Assembly (NCBI GenBank): GCA_963727455.1
Contig: CAVSGG010000007.1
Coordinates: 64,001-128,000, forward strand
Direction: 5' to 3'
Source: Candidatus Krumholzibacteriota bacterium
Lineage (GTDB): Bacteria; Krumholzibacteriota; Krumholzibacteriia; JAJRXK01
DNA length: 64,000 nt
Position 1 is the stretch's first letter. Each line of letters begins with the position of its first letter. The notes under the pieces were generated by a model, which saw only the letters and a program-made list of their open reading frames with translations, was not told where the DNA came from and did not search any database. The translations under genes and the position numbers were made by a program. Below, piece after piece: positions 20,018 to 29,214 of this stretch.

Positions 20018-22600
20018 GTGAACGCTCCGCGCGAGAGCATGCGGCGCGGACTCCTCCTGGCGGCGGCCTTGTGTCTGTTGCCCGTGGCGAGTTCTCATGC
20101 CCAATACGAGCAAGGGGACACCCGCCGGGAAGCCATCGAGGCTGGCAAACTCCAGGCGGACGAATCTTTGACTCGGGGAAAGCTCGACCTCAACCGTGCG
20201 ACGCGACAGCAGCTGAAGAAGCTGCCGATCCCCGCCGATGTGGCCGACGCCATCTACGAGTACCGCACTTACCGCAGTTACTTCGATTCGATCTACGATC
20301 TGCGCCATGTCGAGGGCGTCACTCCGGAAATGATCAAGGAACTCCTGCCTCTCGTCGCGACGATGCCGCCCAAGACCCAGGAAGACTGGGTACGACGTTA
20401 CGACGAGTCATTTCGGCAATTGCAGAGATTCTTGAGCCGGGAGGGCGCGAGCGAGGAGTTGGCGGATGAATACCGTGACCAGCTGCTCGAACCTCGTGAC
20501 ATCAACGAACTCTCGCTCTACGACCTGCAGAGCTACCAGAATGTCTCGCCGGTGGATGCAACTGCGATCATCAAGGCGCGCGAGCGCTCGGGAAAGATCC
20601 AGAGCCAGCGTCAGCTGCGCAGCGCGGATGGTCTGACTTACTGGGCGTACCGGAATCTGCGCGACTACGTGGTCTACGAGCCGCCGGAGCAGGACATGAA
20701 GCTCCACGGCAGCATGCAGTTGCAGACCTTCAATACTCCCTATCTACTGGATGAGAAGGATCTTTTGACCGAGACCTTCCATCCGGCAGTCACTAGTACC
20801 GAGCCGCCAGAGTTCTCAGAGGAAACTCCCTACGGGCTCAAACATCTGGACAGCCCCAACCCGGCGGTACTGACCAAGCTGCGACTGCGCATGGGACTGC
20901 AGTGGAAGGCCGGAGTGAGCACTTTCCGCGACGTCGGGGAGAAGAATCTGGCTGAAACCGCCAAGTACTTCCTCGAATGGCGTAATCAAAACAATAATAG
21001 GAACCAGCTGGACAAAGTGGTGCTGGGCAACTTCCGTGTCGCGTTCGGGCAGGGTTTGGTGATGGACAACACCGACTACTTCCTGAGCCGTAAGACAGGC
21101 ACGGGCTTCAACAAGCGTCCCCAGGGACTCTTGGGCGACATGAGCCGTTCCTACGAGTTTGCTCTTCGCGGCGCAGCGGCCGAAGCGTCGCTGGGGAAGT
21201 TCCAGCTCCTGGGTTTCGTCAGCAGCGGGAAGAAGGATGGAATCCTCAATTACGATTCCGATGGCAACGCGCTGAGTATCAACAAGTACATCGTGGGAAG
21301 CCCGCGCTTCGAAAATTCCGAGTACGAGCAGATGGAAAGCAACATCCGCCGGGGTGCCTTTGACGAAGATCTGTACGGTGGCTTGGCGCGCTACGAACTC
21401 TGGCCCGGAACCTACGTGGGCCTTTCCGGTTACGAGGCGCACTACAACCTTCCCTTCGATCCCAACGTGAACACGATCGTGGCCCGCACTGATCTTTTGG
21501 ATGGCAGAGATTCCGAGCTGTTCAACGCCTACGATTCCAGACAATTGGGCAAGTTCCGACGGGTGCTGGGGGCCGAGTTCCAGACCGTGGTGGACAACGT
21601 CGCCTTCCAGGGTGAGTACGCGAAACTCGATTCGAATCCCGACGGGGGACTGCTCTCCAACGCTCCGGACGCCATGGTGTTCACCGGCTACACGCAGTGG
21701 GAGAACTTCAACATCTTTGCCCTCTATCGCGACTACGACGTGGGCTTCGACAATCCCTACGCGCGACCCTTCGGTGAGGACAGTCGCTACGAGCAGACTC
21801 TGCTCACCGATCCCTTCCGCCTGAATTCACCGCTCTACTCTTGGCTCGAGACGAGCACGCCGCAGACCAAGGCCGAGCGCGGCATCTTCTTGCAGACGCG
21901 CTACCGCATCAGCCGGCAGATCACCATCAGCGGTCTGGAATTCGACCAGTGGGTGCGCAAGGCTGATGGTCAGAGTCAGCGCCGCTACACCTTACGGGTG
22001 GAATACGCGCCCGTGTGGCCGATTCGATTCCGCGTGCGCCAGCGCTATAGCGATCGCGCCGGCGAGGAGCTCTTGGACAACCGGCGCTTCAAGAGCTGGG
22101 ACAGTCGCTTCGAGGTACGGGGGCGTCTCTCGGCCTACGACGAACTGCGCTTGCTCTACAGCAATACCAACACCCAGTTCGCCCCACGTCCGCGTCTGAG
22201 CGGCTTGGCTGAGCCCACCGATCCCCAGGGCTACACTTACACCCCCTTATCGCAAGCCGCCAGCCCCAGCAAGGCCATCCAGGGCATGCTGATCCACAAC
22301 GTCAACGATCGCCTCCAGTTCACGCTGAGCACGGAAGTCTACGACGGCTTCTTGTGGAACTTCGAGGACAACGAGTTCATCGCAGTCGATGGTCAGGGCA
22401 TCCGCAGCTGGTTCCTCGTTCAGAGTCGGCTCTCGGACAGCATGCTCGTACGCTTCAAGATGACCCACGACCGGCAACGCACGCGAAACAACTTGCAGAT
22501 TCGCGATTATCCCAATTCCGCGCCGAGACCTGAAGATTTCCATACGGGCGACAAGCGGGAAATCACGGCCTTCCGCCTCCAGCTCGACTACAACTTCTAG
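20018..22600 (+). CDS. Outer-membrane protein with two ComEA-type helix-hairpin-helix domains and a C-terminal beta-barrel
   Basis: LDLNRATRQQLKKLP..ADAIYEYR..FDSIYDLRHVEGV and DINELS..L..VSPVDATAII.AR; GNFRVAFGQGLV; terminal AFRLQLDYNF BAM-type signal. Confidence 0.8.
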   Translation: MNAPRESMRRGLLLAAALCLLPVASSHAQYEQGDTRREAIEAGKLQADESLTRGKLDLNRATRQQLKKLPIPADVADAIYEYRTYRSYFDSIYDLRHVEGVTPEMIKELLPLVATMPPKTQEDWVRRYDESFRQLQRFLSREGASEELADEYRDQLLEPRDINELSLYDLQSYQNVSPVDATAIIKARERSGKIQSQRQLRSADGLTYWAYRNLRDYVVYEPPEQDMKLHGSMQLQTFNTPYLLDEKDLLTETFHPAVTSTEPPEFSEETPYGLKHLDSPNPAVLTKLRLRMGLQWKAGVSTFRDVGEKNLAETAKYFLEWRNQNNNRNQLDKVVLGNFRVAFGQGLVMDNTDYFLSRKTGTGFNKRPQGLLGDMSRSYEFALRGAAAEASLGKFQLLGFVSSGKKDGILNYDSDGNALSINKYIVGSPRFENSEYEQMESNIRRGAFDEDLYGGLARYELWPGTYVGLSGYEAHYNLPFDPNVNTIVARTDLLDGRDSELFNAYDSRQLGKFRRVLGAEFQTVVDNVAFQGEYAKLDSNPDGGLLSNAPDAMVFTGYTQWENFNIFALYRDYDVGFDNPYARPFGEDSRYEQTLLTDPFRLNSPLYSWLETSTPQTKAERGIFLQTRYRISRQITISGLEFDQWVRKADGQSQRRYTLRVEYAPVWPIRFRVRQRYSDRAGEELLDNRRFKSWDSRFEVRGRLSAYDELRLLYSNTNTQFAPRPRLSGLAEPTDPQGYTYTPLSQAASPSKAIQGMLIHNVNDRLQFTLSTEVYDGFLWNFEDNEFIAVDGQGIRSWFLVQSRLSDSMLVRFKMTHDRQRTRNNLQIRDYPNSAPRPEDFHTGDKREITAFRLQLDYNF

Positions 22601-22610
22601 GGAGTATCCC

Positions 22611-23978
22611 ATGCGTGGCACGATTCGTAGAAGCTCACTGTTCATCCTGTTGGTTCTGCTGTTGCAGGCAGTGGCAGTTCCCGGAGCGGTGGCAACGACC
22701 ACTTTGGATGCGGCCTTCGGGACGCCCTTCGGCGCGCAAACTCCACGAGCGGCGGCCATGGGCTCGGTGGGGGCGGCCCTCTACCAGGGCAGCGCCAATC
22801 TCGTCGCGAACCCGGCGATGCTGTCGCGGATGGACGGCCGGCTGCGGGTCGAATTCAATGGCGGCATTTCCCAGGTCAACGAGGATCGTTACCAGCCGCT
22901 CTTCGACTCCTTCGAGTCCTACCTGACGGACACCGTGGTGGCCAGCAATCGCAACAGCTACGGCCTCTTGCAGGGTGGCGCAATCTATCAGCTTCTGCCC
23001 GAACATCAGGTGACGGTGGGGATTGGGATCTTCGACCGCTACAGCTTCGACTACGACTACTTCGAGGAGATTCGCGATACCAACACCTCCAACGTTCCCT
23101 CCCGTGACGCGGTGGTTCAGTTACGCGACTACCAGATCGACGGCAGGCTGCGCTCGATCACCTTTGGCTATGGAATGGAGATCACGCCCCGGCTCAGAAT
23201 GGGGATCAGCCTCCATCGCTACACCGGCACACTGACGCACACGGCCAACACGCGCACCACCGCCCTCTATCTGAATACCTTCACTAGCGATCCGGGATCG
23301 GCCGCCTTCGAGCATGAACTTCGCGGTTGGGGCTGGACGGCCGGACTCGCCGGCACGGTGAACGAGCGCCTGGATGTGGGAGCGAGCTTCGAGGGGCCGT
23401 TCACGGTGCAGGGAGCGATCAGTTCCATGGACTCGACGATCGGCAGCTGGATGCCCTACGATCAGAGCGTTGTCGTGATGCCGGTGACGAGTGGCGACGT
23501 CAAGGTCAAGTACCCCGGAACGCTGCGGGCGGGCGTTAGCTATCGCCCCCGCAACCTCTTGACCACCGTGTTTTCGGTGGACCTCGTGCGCCGCTTCTGG
23601 GAAGGCGTGGCCGACGAGAGCTACCGGACCGCGGCCTTCGTTTCTCGCGGTACTCTGCGCGATACCTGGGACCTGCGCTTCGGGCTGGAGCACGTCTTCT
23701 ACAACAACGTGCCAGCGCGTTTCGGCTTCCGCTACCTCGAGAACTACGCCGATCCGGAATCGAATCGCTCGATCTTTTCCGGCGGCGTGGGCTACGAATC
23801 CGCGGGATACAAGTTCGACGTGACTCTGCAGTACCATCGGCAAACCAGCCGGCAGGCCTTCATTTTCGACCGCACTCTGACCTGGTCGGACGGTCAGGTC
23901 GATCCGGGGCCTACCAGCCTCTCGAAAGTGGAAGATGGAATGGTGAGTCTGTTGCTGGGGGTCTCCCGAAATTTCTAA
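22611..23978 (+). CDS. FadL/PorV-superfamily outer-membrane barrel
   Basis: Signal peptide, PRAAAMGSVG..NLVANPAML hatch motif, amphipathic strands, terminal Phe. Confidence 0.7.
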   Translation: MRGTIRRSSLFILLVLLLQAVAVPGAVATTTLDAAFGTPFGAQTPRAAAMGSVGAALYQGSANLVANPAMLSRMDGRLRVEFNGGISQVNEDRYQPLFDSFESYLTDTVVASNRNSYGLLQGGAIYQLLPEHQVTVGIGIFDRYSFDYDYFEEIRDTNTSNVPSRDAVVQLRDYQIDGRLRSITFGYGMEITPRLRMGISLHRYTGTLTHTANTRTTALYLNTFTSDPGSAAFEHELRGWGWTAGLAGTVNERLDVGASFEGPFTVQGAISSMDSTIGSWMPYDQSVVVMPVTSGDVKVKYPGTLRAGVSYRPRNLLTTVFSVDLVRRFWEGVADESYRTAAFVSRGTLRDTWDLRFGLEHVFYNNVPARFGFRYLENYADPESNRSIFSGGVGYESAGYKFDVTLQYHRQTSRQAFIFDRTLTWSDGQVDPGPTSLSKVEDGMVSLLLGVSRNF

Positions 23979-24039
23979 TTTTACTATCTTCCTAGGAAGG
24001 ACGAAGCCCACCCACGGCGGAAACCCCCGGGAGTCAGCC

Positions 24040-25719
24040 ATGCGAGCCAAAACCCTACTTCTCATCTTCAGCCTCAGCATTCTCCTCGTCCCCAGCGCGC
24101 GGGCCGAAGACGAGGGGATGATCCGTCTCCATCTCTTGTGGACGAACGACATCCACGGCCACGTTGGGCCCGAGGAAGCGCGCTTCATGAATCCCGACTT
24201 CCCGCCTCCTCTGGGCGGTGGCGCGGCGGCGGCGGCCTACGTGCACAAGGTGAGGGCCGAGGTCAAAGGCGATCCCAACCAGGCAGTCCTCTTGGTCGAT
24301 GCGGGGGATACCTGGCAGGGAGCCCCGGTGGGCACCTTGAGCCAGGGCAGGGTCATGGAGACCTACTTCAACACCATGCACTACGACGCGGTGACGGTGG
24401 GGAATCACGAATTCGACAAGGGCAAGGACGTTCCCATTCGCATGTCGGCCGCGATGAAGCAGAAGTTCGTCTGCGCCAACATCTACAAGGAGGGCACCGA
24501 CGAGCTGGTCGACTGGGTCGTGCCCTATCGCGTGGTTGAGAAGGCCGGCCTCAAGATCGGGATCATCGGCGCCATCACTCCGGCGACCAAGTCCATGGCC
24601 TTCGACGAGAACGTGAAGGGTCTGGATTTTAGGCCCATTCCTCCCGCGCTCGAAAAGTACCGCGATATCCTGAAGAACAAAGAACACGTCGACCTGGTCT
24701 TTGCGCTCATCCACGAGGGTTTGCCCTACGATCCCGAAACTGGCTGGAAGCAGTTGGTGAAGCGGGTGAAGGAGGGCGACGATCTCCAGGACCACGCTCA
24801 GGGCGACATGGGCATCGCGCACGTGGTCACGGGAATTCCCGTCGTCATCGGCGGCCACACGCACCGGGGCTACCGCAAGCCTTGGATCGATCCGGTGACG
24901 CAGGCCATGGTCTTCGAGACCTTTGGAAACGGCTCCTCCATCGGACACGTGGAGATCCTCATCGACCGGGCGACCAAGCAGGTGATGGGCTACGAGAGCC
25001 CGCGCCGCGACGGTACCCTCATCACGCTCTTCGAGGACCAGTACTGGCCGGACCCCGAGATGGCCAAGGATCTGGAGCCCTACATCGCCGACGCCCGTAA
25101 GGGCCTGGACAAGACGGTGGGAAGGTCGGCGGTGGAGCTCTCGCGCAACGGCGGACCGCTCTCGCGTATGGGAATCCTCGTAACCTCGGCCATGCTGGAG
25201 GCGCAGAACGGCGATTTCGCCTTCACGAACCTGGGCGGGCTGCGAGCGAACCTCTCGGCAGGCCGCATCACCATGGGTGATCTGATGCAGGTCTTGCCCT
25301 TCGGCAACGCCTTGGCCACGGTCCAGATGGATGGCTCGATGATCCGCCGCATCTTCGAGCGCAAGACGGGTCGCAACAGCAGTGGCATTGCCTACAGTGG
25401 AGTGAAGGCCGTAGTCGATCCGGATGCGCCGTACGGTCAGCGGGTGCTGCAGCTCACCCTGCTCGATGGAACCCCCATCGTGCCAGGGAAGGACTATAAG
25501 GTCGTCACCAGCGACTTCCTCATGGAGGGAAACAGCGGACTGGACTTCCTGGCCGAGATCCCGCCCGACAAGATCAACTACACCGGCATGCTGACCCGGG
25601 AGGCCCTGGCGGACTACATCAAGGCCCACTCGCCGGTCTCCCCGCATTCGGATGACCGTTTCAAGGAGGACGTGGGGGGCGCCCGCGCCACATACCTGAA
25701 GCCCCTGGACCTGCAGTAA
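24040..25719 (+). CDS. Exported bifunctional metallophosphatase / 5'-nucleotidase (UshA family)
   Basis: Signal peptide; TNDIHG, DAGD, GNHEFD, GGHTH; C-domain NLGGLRA and LPFGN. Confidence 0.92.
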   Translation: MRAKTLLLIFSLSILLVPSARAEDEGMIRLHLLWTNDIHGHVGPEEARFMNPDFPPPLGGGAAAAAYVHKVRAEVKGDPNQAVLLVDAGDTWQGAPVGTLSQGRVMETYFNTMHYDAVTVGNHEFDKGKDVPIRMSAAMKQKFVCANIYKEGTDELVDWVVPYRVVEKAGLKIGIIGAITPATKSMAFDENVKGLDFRPIPPALEKYRDILKNKEHVDLVFALIHEGLPYDPETGWKQLVKRVKEGDDLQDHAQGDMGIAHVVTGIPVVIGGHTHRGYRKPWIDPVTQAMVFETFGNGSSIGHVEILIDRATKQVMGYESPRRDGTLITLFEDQYWPDPEMAKDLEPYIADARKGLDKTVGRSAVELSRNGGPLSRMGILVTSAMLEAQNGDFAFTNLGGLRANLSAGRITMGDLMQVLPFGNALATVQMDGSMIRRIFERKTGRNSSGIAYSGVKAVVDPDAPYGQRVLQLTLLDGTPIVPGKDYKVVTSDFLMEGNSGLDFLAEIPPDKINYTGMLTREALADYIKAHSPVSPHSDDRFKEDVGGARATYLKPLDLQ

Positions 25720-25761
25720 AGTCCCCGGAGCCGCTGCCCCAGGAGGTCGAATTTTGGTCAG

Positions 25762-25793
25762 GGGAGTCTTGCCGCGATGCGAGACTCCCTTTT
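25762..25793 (+). terminator. Rho-independent terminator ending the OB/HhH/nucleotidase operon
   Basis: GGGAGTCTTGC-cgcgat-GCGAGACTCCC followed by TTTT. Confidence 0.75.
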
Positions 25794-26121
25794 CCTTTTG
25801 CAAGCCTCCCCGCTTCCTCCCGTGGCGTTTTCCCTGAGCAAAATTCCCTGAATTTGTCGCCGCCGTGCGTCGGCGAAGCCTCCCCTGCGAGGTAGCTCAG
25901 GGGCGCTGCCCTTCCCATGATTCCCCATGGGGGAGCGCTCTTCCCCGCCATCTGTGGGACGAGGCCCTGGGGCTGGACCATGGGTCAGAAGGCCTAGGAG
26001 CGGGGATTCGCTTCCGGTCTTTATCCTGCATGTCCGTCAGCTACCAAGAGCGTCGCTTCGTGCGCCGGGGGGGCGCAGAGGTCACGACCGCGGCTCGCCC
26101 GCCCATCTGGAGGAGATTCCC

Positions 26122-27399
26122 TTGGCTCAACCGGCACGGTGCCTCGTGACTTCCGATCGCGTCCGGCTCGATCCGAGTCAGCGCAACCCTCAACTCACCC
26201 GATTTCATGAACTGATGCAGAAAATGGTGGTCGGCCAGCCGAGCGCCCTGGAGACCGTCACCAATTCCTTTTCCAGGCTCTTGGCGGGGATCCACGACCC
26301 GGAAAGTCCCATTCTCACCATGATGCTCCTGGGGCCGACCGGAGTGGGGAAGACCGAGACCGTTCGCTGTTTGGCCGAAGCCCTCTTCGGCAGCCGTAAG
26401 GCCTTCACCCGCGTGAACTGTCAGGAATATTCGGCCCACTACAACCTCTCGAAGCTCTTGGGAAGCCCACCAGGCTACGTGGGGGGCGAGATCAAGCCGC
26501 TGCTCTCCTCGGAGAACTTGGAGCGGCACTACAAGAAGGCGGTCGAGGAAGGACTGGGCCTCTTCCAGGACAGCCTGGGTAGCTTTTCCAACGCGGACGA
26601 GGAGGGAGGGCTCTCGCTCGTGCTCTTCGACGAGATCGAAAAGGCCCATCCCAAGCTCTGGAGCATGTTGCTTGGCATCCTGGAGGACGGGAATCTGGTG
26701 CTGGGGAACAACGAGGAAGTCGATTTCCGGCGCAGCATCATCGTGCTCACCACCAACGTGGGGAGCGAGGCCATGGGCAAGCACCTCTCGCATCAGGACA
26801 TCGGTTTCTACGACGACGACGACGAGGAACGCGTCGACCGCGATGTACACGAAGCCGCCCTGCGCGAAGCCCGCAAGGTCTTTCCTTTTGAGTTCTTGAA
26901 TCGCTTCGACGAGCTGATCAGCTACGACACCCTCAAGGAATCGCACCTCTACCAGATTCTGGACAATCTCATCGCTGACATCCACATCCGCAGCATCAGT
27001 TGCACCGAACCCTTCCTCTTGCGCGTCAGCCCCAAGGCGAAAGAGATACTGGTGCAGGAGGGGCACGACCCGCGCTTTGGCGCGCGTCCCCTGCGCCGCG
27101 CGGTCGAGAGCAAGCTCGTGACGCCCATCGGCCACCTCATCTCGAGCGGGCAGGTGGTACGCGGAGATCTCATCACGGTCGATTTCACAGACGAATTCAT
27201 TTTCGAGAAGGAACCCGGGGTAATGACTGCGGAGGAAATCGCGGCCTTCGAACGGCAGAAGCTCGAGAAGGAGAAGAGCCGCGATCTGGACGGAATCGAC
27301 GACGGTGGCGAAGCCAATCGCATCGTGGAAGAAGTCGACGAGGTGCTGGCGCGGGGCCTGACCCTGAGAGAGAGCAGCAGCATTCCCGGCGACATCTGA
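26122..27399 (+). CDS. Single-domain Clp-family AAA+ ATPase (ClpA/B/C D2-like)
   Basis: GGAGGAG RBS with TTG; VVGQ, GPTGVGKTET, LLGSPPGYVG, LFDEIEKAHP, EFLNRFDE, FGARPLRR. Confidence 0.88.
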   Translation: MAQPARCLVTSDRVRLDPSQRNPQLTRFHELMQKMVVGQPSALETVTNSFSRLLAGIHDPESPILTMMLLGPTGVGKTETVRCLAEALFGSRKAFTRVNCQEYSAHYNLSKLLGSPPGYVGGEIKPLLSSENLERHYKKAVEEGLGLFQDSLGSFSNADEEGGLSLVLFDEIEKAHPKLWSMLLGILEDGNLVLGNNEEVDFRRSIIVLTTNVGSEAMGKHLSHQDIGFYDDDDEERVDRDVHEAALREARKVFPFEFLNRFDELISYDTLKESHLYQILDNLIADIHIRSISCTEPFLLRVSPKAKEILVQEGHDPRFGARPLRRAVESKLVTPIGHLISSGQVVRGDLITVDFTDEFIFEKEPGVMTAEEIAAFERQKLEKEKSRDLDGIDDGGEANRIVEEVDEVLARGLTLRESSSIPGDI

Positions 27400-27424
27400 G
27401 ACGCCTCGCCACTTTGCTCGCAGC

Positions 27425-27465
27425 AAAAGGCCGGATCCCTTTCGGGACCCGGCCTTCTTCTCTTT
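27425..27465. terminator. Terminator hairpin between convergent genes
   Basis: AAAAGGCCGGATCCC-TTTC-GGGACCCGGCCTTCTTCTCTTT. Confidence 0.75.
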
Positions 27466-27490
27466 GGAGTCGATCGGTAGAGATTCTAGC

Positions 27491-28018
27491 TCAGTCCTTG
27501 GTGCTTCCCACTGCGTCCACGATTTCCTCGACGCTCTCTTTCTTCTCGCTCGCCTGCGAGTTGCTCTCGCTCCTCTTGGACTGGATCCGCGTGCCCGAGG
27601 CCGAGGGCATCGAACAGGAACCCTGGAAAATCACCGTCTCGTCCATCTGCAAGGAAGGTGTCACGATGTCTCCCTGCAGCTCGCCGTTGCCCTGGAGCTC
27701 GACTCGCTCCGAGGCCTGGATGCTGCCCTTGACCTTGCCCTTGATGGCGATGGTCTTGGTGGTGATCTGTGCGTCGACCTCGGCGTTCTCACCGATGATC
27801 AGGCTGCCTCCACTCTCGATCTCGCCGTTGAACCGGCCCTCGATGAGAACCGAGTTCTGAAAGCTCAGCTTACCCTCGATGTGAACGTCCGGTCCCAGGT
27901 AGGCCGTAATCTGGTCCTTGTTCTGGCTCTTGGACTTGGGAGTCGAGTTCAAGCTAGGTGTGCTTGGAGTCGGGGGAATCGAATCGAAATCTTGCGGCTT
28001 CTCTTTGCCTCCGAACAT
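27491..28018 (-). CDS. Bactofilin (polymer-forming cytoskeletal protein)
   Basis: GGAGG RBS; AYLGPDVHIEGKL..VLIEGRFNGEI..LIIGENAEVDA..GKVKGSI..GDI..SLQMDE..FQG. Confidence 0.92.
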   Translation of the reverse strand: MFGGKEKPQDFDSIPPTPSTPSLNSTPKSKSQNKDQITAYLGPDVHIEGKLSFQNSVLIEGRFNGEIESGGSLIIGENAEVDAQITTKTIAIKGKVKGSIQASERVELQGNGELQGDIVTPSLQMDETVIFQGSCSMPSASGTRIQSKRSESNSQASEKKESVEEIVDAVGSTKD

Positions 28019-28286
28019 GCTTCCTCCAATGTCGCGGCCCGTTGCGGATACGGGGCTGAAGTTAGGTGCCAAAGGGAAGATGTCGCCAAAGAACCTCCCC
28101 CTGACCGCCCCCTGGTGCAACGGCGATGCCCACCCCAGGAACCAGCGGCAAGTAGTTGCAATCAAAGACGATACAAATGAGCTCTCGTTGTGGACCCGTC
28201 ACGTCCCATGGTCGGATTCTGGTCGCGCTGAACGCTCAGAAGCCGCCGTCGGCGCAAGGGGAAGAGTGAGGGGGATGCGGTCGCGC

Positions 28287-28637
28287 CTAGGGCCAGAAGA
28301 GCATCCGGCCGCAGGTCTCGCAGAACATGACTTTGTTCTCGTTGATCGCGCTGGTGAAGATCGCGGGGACGTTGGTGAAGCAGCCGGTGCAGGTGCTGTC
28401 GACCACGGGGACCAGTGCCCGCCCGGTCCGTTCTTTGATGCGCTTGTAACGACGTACCAGCTGCGGAGGAAGCTGGGACTCCAGCTTCTTGTGGGCCTTT
28501 CGCAATTCGTCTAGCCCGCTCACGGGAAAGCCCATCTTCTCCAGAGCCTCGCGGTTCTTGGTGTCTTCTGCTTCGCGGATCATCTGATCCAGGTCTTGGA
28601 GAGCGACGAGGAGCTGGACGTTGTTGGCAGGGCTCAA
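28287..28637 (-). CDS. Short C4-type zinc-ribbon protein (DUF164-like)
   Basis: LVALQDLD at the N-terminus; CTGCF...CETCGRML. Confidence 0.85.
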   Translation of the reverse strand: MSPANNVQLLVALQDLDQMIREAEDTKNREALEKMGFPVSGLDELRKAHKKLESQLPPQLVRRYKRIKERTGRALVPVVDSTCTGCFTNVPAIFTSAINENKVMFCETCGRMLFWP

Positions 28638-28640
28638 GCC

Positions 28641-29102
28641 TCAGGCCTCCTTGAGCACGGTCATCATGGCATCGAAGTTCGTGGCCTTCAGCAGCTTCTC
28701 CCGAACCTCGTCGCGCTGGACGAGACCGGTGATCACCCCGAGGGCCTGCAGATAGACGTTCCCCCGGTCCTGCGGAGGCGCCAGGAGCAGAAAGAAGAGC
28801 TTGGTCTTCTTGCCGTCGATGCTGTCGAAGTCGACTCCTTTGGGGCTGCGGGCGACCAGGATGATCAGATCGGAGATGGCGACGGAGCGACCGTGCGGAA
28901 AGGCCACGCCACTGCCCACTGCGGTGGATCCCAGGGCCTCGCGATTCCGCAGCATTTCCAGAATGACCGCGCCATTCTTGACTTTTCCCGACGAAACCAG
29001 GACTTCCGTCAGCTTTTGCAGGACTTCGTCTTTGTTGCGTGCGGAGAGATTTCCGATCCAGAGGGAAGGGTCGACATGCTGCATCAATTGTTCGACGTTC
29101 AT
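28641..29102 (-). CDS. Stand-alone PTS EIIA (Ntr-type)
   Basis: REALGSTAVGSGVAFPHGR, GVDFDSIDGK..LFFLLLAP. Confidence 0.9.
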   Translation of the reverse strand: MNVEQLMQHVDPSLWIGNLSARNKDEVLQKLTEVLVSSGKVKNGAVILEMLRNREALGSTAVGSGVAFPHGRSVAISDLIILVARSPKGVDFDSIDGKKTKLFFLLLAPPQDRGNVYLQALGVITGLVQRDEVREKLLKATNFDAMMTVLKEA

Positions 29103-29214
29103 CGGTGGGGCCAGGTGGAGTCGTGATGACGGAGCCCGGCGGGAATAGAGGATTTCTCAAGAAGATGGTGAAACAGTAGCAAAAGGGAGTGAGCTAGACA
29201 AGTCCGGGGAACTG

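Noticed and set aside
28056-28072. TGGCAC sigma54-like sites before bactofilin, and at about 10675 and 36890
   Set aside because: The -12 GC is missing or the spacing is off by one; not called.
28019-28286. Possible RNase P RNA downstream of the Zn-ribbon gene
   Set aside because: No GAGGAAAGTCC or other conserved rnpB motif is visible.
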